From Naegleria gruberi (taxonomy: Eukaryota), in NCBI GenBank assembly GCA_000004985.1, contig GG738866.1: 64,000 bases of DNA. One strand, given 5' to 3'. Shown here piece after piece: positions 55,882-64,000 of this stretch. The notes below the pieces were generated by a model. It saw nothing but the letters and a program-made list of their open reading frames with translations. It was not told the origin of the DNA and searched no databases. Each line of letters begins with the position of its first letter. Position 1 is the first letter of the stretch. The translations under genes were made by a program, and so were the position numbers.

Positions 55882-57039
55882 TTAATCACTGAAACATACA
55901 CTAGCGTGATATTCATAGAATTGATAAAGAACTACTTCGAAGGGATTTTCCATATTGTTGGGATTGACAATTAAGGAAATAATATAGCTATCAATGGCAT
56001 CACCTAAAAGTTGTGAATTGAAGGATCGTTCAACTTTCATAAATGTTGTGTAACTTGTAATGTTTGGATCTTCATTCCATTTCGCCTTTGTATTTTCATT
56101 AAATTCGTCCAAAATTTCCAAAGTGTTCAAGTTATAAGGACAACATTCAGCAATGTTATCGTAAAATGTAATTCGATGAAGATCATGCACATAGTAATTG
56201 ATTCGAAATAGAAAGTTCAACATCATTTGAAGAAGGTATTGATTGTGTAAAATTCCACATTCATGACATGTCAAAACTAGTTCTCTAATCCAATGAATGA
56301 AATTTTTAGCACCTTTCATTTGGTTTCCATTGGAAGGGGCAACTTCAAATTGATTATACGAAAGGCAAATTACATTTCTCACTAAATTGTGTTCGTATGA
56401 AGTGTCATCATTGGGGATGCCAACGAGCTCTGTACAATTCTCATTATGGTAGAAACCCTCTTCCAACTTTTGAATGAGAATATATTCAGAACGATTCTTT
56501 TTGTTTCTTCCTGTAAACAGTTGGTCAGCTGAGGAAAATTTTAATCCCAAATGATTACTATATCCTTCGTCATCACATTCCTGATGCCAAACCATTGAAT
56601 AATCTGCAAAATAATTTAAATTACCTATCTCTACATCCTTAGAATTATTCCTCTTGGTCACATTAATGCAATCACAAAGTATCCACTTGCTCATTTGAAA
56701 AATCTTATCATTTTCTATATTGAATGAAGGTTTACATTTGTAAAACTTGAATTCATAACGAGGAATCATCATTCCTTCATTAATAGCTGCAACACATTTA
56801 GAAAGAAACACAATAAATGGCATTGCACGTTGGTAATCAATCAAATGATGATCAATCTTCAAGTTTTCTGAGTGAGAATTATTCAAACTCTTGTTTAAAT
56901 GTTGAAAGTACAAATAAAAGTGTTTTGTAATTAAATCTCTCCATTCTGTGCACACGAATTTGCAATTTAAAATTTGTTTCCATGATAAATAGCCATCAAA
57001 TAGAATGGTCAGCAGAATGTCCTGATTGTTGGCTATCAT
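55882..57039 (-). CDS. F-box-like protein with Cys/His-rich body
   Basis: ATG at 57039 verified. 'DILLTILFDGYLSWKQILNCKFVCTEWRDLITKHFY'. 385 aa. Confidence 0.5.
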   Translation of the reverse strand: MIANNQDILLTILFDGYLSWKQILNCKFVCTEWRDLITKHFYLYFQHLNKSLNNSHSENLKIDHHLIDYQRAMPFIVFLSKCVAAINEGMMIPRYEFKFYKCKPSFNIENDKIFQMSKWILCDCINVTKRNNSKDVEIGNLNYFADYSMVWHQECDDEGYSNHLGLKFSSADQLFTGRNKKNRSEYILIQKLEEGFYHNENCTELVGIPNDDTSYEHNLVRNVICLSYNQFEVAPSNGNQMKGAKNFIHWIRELVLTCHECGILHNQYLLQMMLNFLFRINYYVHDLHRITFYDNIAECCPYNLNTLEILDEFNENTKAKWNEDPNITSYTTFMKVERSFNSQLLGDAIDSYIISLIVNPNNMENPFEVVLYQFYEYHASVCFSD

Positions 57040-57202
57040 AGTGAAGTTGCAACAATTAACAGTCTATACTGTGAAGATATTTTTTTCAGGAGTGTGTAAC
57101 CTCTAAAGATTGAGTCAATAGATATTTAATTAGCATCTTCAATACTGTTTTAAAAAAGGGGATACTACATACTTTTTAATTTCATTAAGGAAATGTGAAT
57201 GT

Positions 57203-57385
57203 AATGATGTGTTTCAGTATTATGTGATGCTAACACTTGTTTGGAAATTTTGGCAATTTTGATTTGTGTCTTGTTTTGTGCTGTTATTGGTTATTGGTGA
57301 GGGTTGACTTTTTGGAATTTTGGATTTTACAATCTCGTTCTGAATCATAAATTTCATGAGGGTCAAAGTTTCATAATGAATGTAA
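57203..57385 (+). repeat. Upstream-flank repeat associated with tRNA-Glu (copy B, about 180 bp)
   Basis: 'aatgatgtgtttcagtattatgtgatgctaacac...ttttgtgctgttattgg...gagggtt...aatgaatgtaat' then the tRNA. Diverged copy of 51171..51475. Confidence 0.5.
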
Positions 57386-57457
57386 TCCCGTGTAGTCCAA
57401 TGGCTAGGATACCTGGCTTTCACCCAGGAGGTCCGGGTTCAATTCCCGGCATGGGAG
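57386..57457 (+). tRNA. tRNA-Glu (anticodon UUC), second copy identical to 51476..51547
   Basis: Identical 72-nt sequence. T5 terminator at 57463-57467. Confidence 0.85.
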
Positions 57458-57899
57458 GATAATTTTTGTTGCAAAGTTATTTGTGATTGTTTATTGGGGT
57501 ATTATTGGGTACTTTTTTATGATTTCCTCTTCACTACAATTCTCAAATATGTTTGCTTGCAAGAAAATGTATTGCCTTAATTCCAATAATTTTCGAATTT
57601 TTGAAGAGAATTTACAATTTCTTCTTCATGAATGATATACGATTCGGTATTGGATAGCCTATCACGTTTTGGCACAATATTGTGCTGTTTCTGCTTCTAT
57701 AAAATTATTACGCACCAAAAGTTTTGAAATTTAGATTGTAAAGTCTAATTCTACATTTACTAAAAAAACTCCATATTAGCATCATACTACTATTAGTTAA
57801 TACCATCTCCAAAATAGGACCTCATCAAAAAATACTAATTCAAAACAATAACAATCATTCTTAAAATAAACTTTAAAAAATACATCAACTTCTCACATA

Positions 57900-59537
57900 A
57901 TGAAACCACCAAGTATTGGTATTTCAATCACCAATCTCTCCTTGAATTTTGATAAAAAGATCATATTTGAGGATTTGGATTTTTCACTCTCTGTTGGAGA
58001 TAAGGTTACAATTGTAGGTGATAATGGTAGTGGAAAGACAACTTTTTTACGATTGTTGAGTGGCACTGTCGATTATTCATATTCGGGCACTGTTGAAATT
58101 GAGGGAAGAATTGGATATTTGCCTCAACATTTTGAGGACATAATGAGTGATGAGCCGACCATTGTTACCATTCTACGATATTTGAATGATGCTAATATTA
58201 ATCAATTTCTTGAACAATCCAATTGTGAAAAGCTATCTTCGGAATGGTATCAAGAATTGAATTCTTTGGGAGGATACGAGATATTTAAACATGCACATTT
58301 GATTGGATTGACAAATAATTTATTGGAGGAACCTTTTAATCAGTTGAGTGGTGGAGAAAAGACGAAAACAATGTTGTGTGCATTGAGTATTATTGAGACT
58401 GATATTTTACTGTTGGATGAGCCGACTAATCATTTAGATAGAAAGGGAATTGAGTGGCTGGAAGACTTTTTGAAGGAATATGATGGATCTGTAATCATGG
58501 TTACTCACGATAGAAGTCTAATTAATGCAGTTTCTAATAGAATTTCCGAACTATCTCCACATACTAAAAAGTTTGCGCACTTTAGAGGAGGATATGATAA
58601 TTATCTGATGCAGGAAGAAAAGAAACGTTTAAGATCTATTCAAGAACGTGAGCATCAAGATAAGGAATTGAAAGCTCTTAAACAAAAGGCAACTCAACTC
58701 AAATCTAATATGAAAGAAAAGAAAATTAGAGAAAGTTGGGATAGAGACAAGATTAGTCACAACAATCAAGAACAAAGAGTTCAAAAGGGAACATCTAAAG
58801 CATTTAATCGTTTCACTAGGAAACAAGAAAGCATCACAGAAAACATGGTTGAAATTATTCCAGAAAGAGCCAAAATTTCATTTGAATTTGATGACAGCAA
58901 TATTACAACCAATCTTCATATTCTAGTTTCGAATCTTTCGAAATCGTTTGGAGATAAATTGCTGTTTCGTGACTTGTCCTTCACTTTGGTGAGTGGTGAT
59001 AGAATGATTGTTCAAGGACCGAATGGTTCTGGTAAGACTACTCTATTTCGAATTATTATGGACTTGATAAAACCTGATGAAGGCACAAAGCAGGTCAGTA
59101 ATTCTGCTAGGATTGGATATTTGGATCAAGAGCAAGAAAGTTTACCATTGGACAAAACTGCAGTGGAACTGCTTATGGAAGATCCATTAATCAATGCCTC
59201 AAAGAAACAGGCTATTAATAATTTGTGTAATTATGGTGTCTATACATGGCAAGATTTGAATAATACCTTACGTGACTTGAGTATTGGATGTCGTAGAAAG
59301 GTACAATTGTGTCAAATTGTCATGAGAAAATGCTCAATTCTTTTATTGGACGAACCAACAAACCACATTGATTTTCCAAGTTTGGAAGTAATAGAGGAAG
59401 CATTGATGAATTTCCCTGGTGTTATCATTGCAGCCACCCATGACAGATACTTTATTGAAAAGGTTGGAACAGAAATAATTAACTTGACAGATTATAATGG
59501 GTCTAAAAAAGAGGAAGAAGACAATGATATTGAATAA
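57900..59537 (+). CDS. ABC-F family ATPase (two tandem ABC nucleotide-binding domains, no transmembrane domain)
   Basis: ATG at 57900. NBD1: Walker A 'GDNGSGKTT', signature 'LSGGEKTK', Walker B 'ILLLDEPTNHLD'. Charged linker. NBD2: 'GPNGSGKTT', 'LSIGCRRKVQL', 'ILLLDEPTNHID'. 545 aa. Confidence 0.8.
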   Translation: MKPPSIGISITNLSLNFDKKIIFEDLDFSLSVGDKVTIVGDNGSGKTTFLRLLSGTVDYSYSGTVEIEGRIGYLPQHFEDIMSDEPTIVTILRYLNDANINQFLEQSNCEKLSSEWYQELNSLGGYEIFKHAHLIGLTNNLLEEPFNQLSGGEKTKTMLCALSIIETDILLLDEPTNHLDRKGIEWLEDFLKEYDGSVIMVTHDRSLINAVSNRISELSPHTKKFAHFRGGYDNYLMQEEKKRLRSIQEREHQDKELKALKQKATQLKSNMKEKKIRESWDRDKISHNNQEQRVQKGTSKAFNRFTRKQESITENMVEIIPERAKISFEFDDSNITTNLHILVSNLSKSFGDKLLFRDLSFTLVSGDRMIVQGPNGSGKTTLFRIIMDLIKPDEGTKQVSNSARIGYLDQEQESLPLDKTAVELLMEDPLINASKKQAINNLCNYGVYTWQDLNNTLRDLSIGCRRKVQLCQIVMRKCSILLLDEPTNHIDFPSLEVIEEALMNFPGVIIAATHDRYFIEKVGTEIINLTDYNGSKKEEEDNDIE

Positions 59538-60403
59538 ATATCACAAAAACCTTAATGCTACATATTGAAGATTTTGGTCTCATAATGCTATTAAGATACC
59601 ATCTATATCACATATTCGATCAGAATTACAGGAATTGCTTGATTTATTGAGTTTTAACGGATTTAAACTTGTGGAAACATTGGTTTATAATACTAGTAAT
59701 ATTGACAAACGTTTGTTGTAAACCTCAAATTGATAATTTCCTAATTACTCAATCTCTTAATAAAAATGTTGTTGGCGCCAAAAAAATCAAACACTTCCAA
59801 GTACTCTTTCTCAATAAAGATGATAAGAGCAAACAGAATTTAAACAAGTAAATTATTCCACAAATATTCATCATCGTGGCATTGTTAAATTCCCCGAAGA
59901 TCATCATCTACTACACATGTGAAGAATAAACAAGAATCCTTTGAAAATTCCAACTTTTCCAAAACTTGTCATTTTGCTGCTATTTTCCAATAATCATCAC
60001 AAGCTTCACAACAAAAAATTGGCTCAACATTCACCACGCCATTTTCAGAGAGAATTTTTGAAAGCCTTTTTGCTTTGAGTAGTAGTAGCAGCTCGGACAC
60101 GTGTACTATTCATAACAATTATAATATATTCTAGATTTTTGGACAATAAGCTGGAAATCAAGTAATATACAAGAGTTTCGGAAAGCCTTTTTTTCTTTGG
60201 ACACAAGAGAATCCATCAACATTGTGTTTTTTATTAGAAAAACAAACAATAATCACTATTTGGAGAACACAACACTGTAATTCAACCAACCGTTAGAAAA
60301 GGTCTATTTTTAATATTCTCTTCAATCAATCTCCATATGCAATCATTTTAGTGCAACCTCATCAACAACATCAACATAAAAGAATTAGAACAACATCATC
60401 AGA

Positions 60404-62603
60404 ATGAAAGTATGCCAAGCAGAAGATGGAACTCTGCTGTTGGATACAAAACAATTCTTACCAACTACACCAACAACAACAATAACTGATAATGTCGGAG
60501 ACAATGTACCAAACATTTATACAATCTTTCAACTCAAACAAGTTTTGGAAAAATCAACGAACATTTCTATTGAGAATCAAATATTATTGGATTCAAAAGG
60601 AGCAAAAGTAGACAATGAACAAACTATTGCAGACTTTGATGATGATGAGAATTTGTATCTTTTTGATAGAATGTCCTTTTCATCAAAATCAAAGGCTCAA
60701 GTGTTATTAAAAATTATTTCCGATGAATTTGGACAGTTAGAGTTACGAGAAATCAATCCTACAAATATTATTCTACCAGAGGAAATTCAGAAAAAGATTA
60801 AGAACAATGAACTATTCAAATATGTTCAACAATTTTACATTCAATTATTACAGGCTGAGGTAGGTTGTGATTGATGATTTTAATTATTTATTCTTGTTCT
60901 ATAGAACATTGCCAAGACTACTCAGAATAGGATGAATTATTGTGTTGTGAAATTGGACCAAATGAAAATTCAGAACGAGTCGATAAGTGTTGCCCTCCTC
61001 AATCTTGAAGGACATACGAAAGGTAGTTCAGCCTCATTAAAAAGATTTAAGGAAAGGTAAGAGTTTCATTATTACTTTATGCTTATTATTTAATATTAGA
61101 TTCGATAAGATTGATACCAAATATATGGATATTATACTAACTCTCGATTCAGATATGGAAAAGGTAAGTTTAAAGTGAATTATCAGTTAATAACGATCAA
61201 TCAAACAGTTAAGTTCAATCGAACTGCATCCAACCATTCAAACATCATCAAGGCGTACACTTCAAGATTGCATTCCAATACAGCAAATCAAATTGTGGGC
61301 CACCAGATGTTCACAAGATTTGTCTACCTTTAAAGAAAAGGTAATTCAGACCATTGCTTTATCCCAACAAATTGATAGGGATGTTGACACTCAACTGTTA
61401 CTCATTGTCCCACCAGTCAAGTAAGTATAATTTGTCAATCAATTTCAATTTACAATTTTAAATAGTTTTTCAATGTTATCCAAACTTTGTACTGAATCGG
61501 AAAACATTGTAAATAATCAAAAAGAACTTGTAAATAATATTAACCGTAACTTCCAATCCCTTCTACAAATGGCATCCAAATCCGAGAGTCATAAGGATGT
61601 AACAGTTATTGTCCAACTCATTGAAACACATCAACATGATCTTATTCAATTGAGAGATTTTGAAAATGGCATGAAAGTGACGTGTGAGAAGATTGCCCAG
61701 TCCAAAGTCATGCTAACTAAATACTTACTCGAAAAGTTAAAGGTTATTTCTACCATTCAGTATAGTATTCTCAAATTGAATAAGAAAGTACAAACCTTTG
61801 TAAGCGTATTGAAGAATATCATGTCCAAATTCCACCACGTCTCAATTCCAAAATACCTTCCTGGAGCCTATTTTATGGCACTTTTGGAAATTATTAGACG
61901 AAGGGCCTACATTAGAAAATTCGATGCTGAAGTTATCAGAGCATCAGAAATCATTCAAGAACTCAGGGATGAAGAGACAAGAAATAGAAAGAACTTTTTC
62001 AAAGCATTTGGAAAATTCTTGCCACCTCAACTCATTGACAAGATTAATGAATTGCCTGGAAGTGGAGATGAAATTTTGAACCTCATTGGCTCTTATTCAC
62101 AAACTGAAATGAACAAACTTCCAAACATTTCCAGTCTCGATGGAATGGAAAATATTGTAAAAATGGAAGAAATTGAAAAGACTTTTAACGATGCAGTCTA
62201 CTTTGGAGATTCTGGATCGAGCAAGTTGGAATTTAAATTATACTCCAAGTTGTTGGATGAAAATAATCTATTCCACCAAATGAACGAGAAGAATATGATT
62301 TCCTCCTCAATCAATTTTGATTTCGATAGAGTTAGTATTGCAGATAGTGATACAGAGATTCATGGATCCTCTGCTAGTAGTTCACCAAGATCCTACACAA
62401 AAGCAAAAACAGCCAATATTGAGGAATACGAAAGGAGAATGGAGGATTTAGATATCATGGAGAATCAATTGAAATCCATATCAGTCAGAGCAACCCCTAG
62501 TACACCTTCTGATATTGACCAATTGAGAGAAGAAAATTTTATGCTCAAACAACAAGTATTGCAATTGCAGAGAGAACTCGAACAATTAAAGCAAAATAAA
62601 TAA
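60404..62603 (+). CDS. ATG11/FIP200 (RB1CC1)-family autophagy scaffold-like protein; about 6 exons
   Basis: ATG at 60404; N-terminal ubiquitin-like fold. Five phased introns, mostly 43-45 nt (one about 81 nt), with GTAGGT/GTAAGA/GTAAGT/GTAATT donors and TAG or CAG acceptors: approximately 60860..60904, 61058..61100, 61165..61209, 61335..61415 and 61417..61461. Final exon 61462..62603. Conserved block 'AYIRKFDAEVIRASEIIQELRDEETRNRKNFFKAFGKFLPPQLIDKINELP' parallels the FIP200 region recalled from memory. C-terminal coiled coil. Confidence 0.5.
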
Positions 62604-62888
62604 TATTGTTGTTTGAAATCATCACCAAAATTGATTGAATTTTCCGTAAAAATCCAAATACCTCATCTCCTTCCTCAATAATTATTATTGCTGTATAAAA
62701 TTAAAGGTTGTTATTGTTTGTGTAGGTTTTATGATGAACTATTACTATCACAGAGAATATATCTACTATTAATTCCATCAATTGACTATCCAGTACTCCA
62801 ATTTTCCATCATCCACTTTAAATAATTTTGTTTTATTAAATCCGCGAACGTGAGTAGTAGAAAAACTTAGATGATGTGTTGATGATGA

Positions 62889-63137
62889 TTATTGGTTACG
62901 AGCTGAGAATTTACCAAATTCATTACCGAAGGCAGTGTATGAGTGTTTCTTAAAGTAATCATTACTACGATTGACGCAAACCATGAATTTAGTATACAAT
63001 CCGAGACATTTTTCTGGTGTTCTAGCATGTAAACAAGCAAACAGAGCTTCATATTCGTTATCGCATTGGTCAGCGTCCAAACGCTCTACAATACTCTTGA
63101 TGATTTTGTCGTTGACGACCTTGTTGCCTATTCTCAT
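62889..63137 (-). CDS. Small twin-Cx9C (CHCH-fold) protein, likely mitochondrial intermembrane-space
   Basis: ATG at 63137 verified. 'CDNEYEALFAC' and 'CLGLYTKFMVC' form two Cx9C pairs. 82 aa. Confidence 0.5.
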   Translation of the reverse strand: MRIGNKVVNDKIIKSIVERLDADQCDNEYEALFACLHARTPEKCLGLYTKFMVCVNRSNDYFKKHSYTAFGNEFGKFSARNQ

Positions 63138-63400
63138 TTTTTCAACAGAAAAAAGTTTATTTAATTTTTATTTTTTTAAAAAATTTATTGTTATTTTGCT
63201 TGGACCTTCTTTTGGTGAGTTTCGAATGTTATGTAAAAGATAATTGCTGCCAATGTGAATGTAGTATTCAGAATGTTTAGAATCATGATTGAATAATTTT
63301 AAATTTTTTATTAAATGTATTTTAAAAATTTATAAATAATAGATAATTAAATCAATTAAGGACAAATGCTTTACAGATATAAAGCGATAGGTATAATGTC

Positions 63401-64000
63401 TTAATGATAAACATCTTCTTCGTCATCAAAGGCGTTCTTGTTCTTCTTTCTATTGAAAGATGGCAAGAATGACCAACAATAATTGTACGCTTTAAGAAGT
63501 GGGTCGTTACTTTCAGCAACCTTTTCAGTTGTAAGAGAATAAATAATAATACCCAAAATCAAAATAACAAGGGCAATAATATCAAATGGACTCAAAGCAG
63601 CAAGGTAAGCTTCACCAGCAAGGAACTTAATCAAGAAACCAAAGTTGGAGAGAGCCAAACGAGCAACTGAGGCAACTACAGCAAGTGTTGAACTACCTCT
63701 CTTGAAAACAATCAACAATAAAATATTGTAGGTCATGTTGAAACAAATGAAAATCATAAAGACAGCCCAGAAGTATTCACATTGATCAGACAAGACAGAA
63801 TTGAAACCAAAGAAACACTTGATACCACTCCAGATATATTCATACAAATTGGCTGGATTAACATAGGATGTACCACCTGAACCATCTGGAAGAGGAATGA
63901 AAACTGTAAAGGCAGACATGAGACCAAAAATGAATTGATAAAGAGCTACCCAAGAGTTCAAATAAAAGACATCCAAATTAGCTTCCTTCAAATACTTTTC
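63401..64000 (-). CDS. CRT-like (chloroquine-resistance-transporter-like, DMT superfamily) membrane transporter, C-terminal part; gene continues beyond window end
   Basis: Stop at 63401. Frame is open to the window edge (printed M at 63991 is an alternative codon). Multiple TM helices 'WVALYQFIFGLMSAFTVFIPLP', 'FWAVFMIFICFNMTYNILLLIVF', 'IIALVILILGIIIYSL'. Acidic C-terminal tail. Confidence 0.5.
   Translation of the reverse strand, partial: EKYLKEANLDVFYLNSWVALYQFIFGLMSAFTVFIPLPDGSGGTSYVNPANLYEYIWSGIKCFFGFNSVLSDQCEYFWAVFMIFICFNMTYNILLLIVFKRGSSTLAVVASVARLALSNFGFLIKFLAGEAYLAALSPFDIIALVILILGIIIYSLTTEKVAESNDPLLKAYNYCWSFLPSFNRKKNKNAFDDEEDVYH

Noticed and set aside
1-64000. Prokaryotic or giant-virus origin. 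The ORF track is prokaryote-style with TTG/GTG/ATT starts, and the locus is rich in F-box, LRR and BTB genes as in giant viruses.
   Set aside because: There are multiple phase-verified GT-AG spliceosomal introns. A cytosolic ribosomal protein eS10 gene is present. The tRNA and Pol III terminator architecture is eukaryotic. NAE1 and ATG11 homologues are co-linear with eukaryotic proteins.
1-64000. CRISPR arrays, rRNA genes, large tandem repeats.
   Set aside because: No regularly spaced direct repeats, no rRNA-like conserved blocks. The only repeats are the coding K/C repeats, the LRR-coding tandem units and the tRNA-flank pair.

Overview
This window is AT-rich (about two-thirds A+T) nuclear DNA from a compact unicellular eukaryote, not a prokaryote or virus. 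It contains at least 40 densely packed protein-coding genes on both strands. Many have short spliceosomal introns of 41-120 nt, with donors GTAAGT, GTAGGT or GTATGT and acceptors such as TAG, CAG or AAG. Codon usage is strongly biased to TTG, AGA, CCA, GGT and CAA, and a 40S ribosomal protein gene is present. Gene content looks amoebozoan or dictyostelid-like, though I cannot name the organism. The clues are a discoidin-domain/BTB protein, many F-box/LRR proteins, a spinster-like MFS transporter, a CRT-like transporter and an ATG11/FIP200-like gene. The supplied ORF track uses bacterial alternative starts: TTG, GTG and ATT are printed as M (checked at 9189, 4998 and 34803). I therefore re-derived starts and exon joins by hand. 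Several apparent overlapping ORFs resolve into exon pairs joined by about 45-nt introns in compatible phase. The clearly identifiable genes are NEDD8-activating enzyme E1 regulatory subunit (NAE1), ribosomal protein eS10, long-chain acyl-CoA synthetase and an ABC-F ATPase. The others are an S33-family alpha/beta-hydrolase peptidase, a class-V PLP aminotransferase-like enzyme and a NAF1/Gar1-domain protein. There are two identical tRNA-Glu(UUC) genes, and their about 200 bp 5' flanks are related to each other. The most unusual content is a dense cluster of at least nine F-box genes. One is fused to a Rho-family GTPase with a degenerate G3 motif, one to a degenerate P-loop domain, one to a C-terminal ubiquitin-like domain and one to a transmembrane tail. 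There is also an extremely Lys/Cys-rich secreted repeat protein, a DUF4116-repeat gene cluster with decayed fragments, and paralogous multi-pass membrane proteins. No CRISPR, rRNA or recognisable transposon ORFs were seen.
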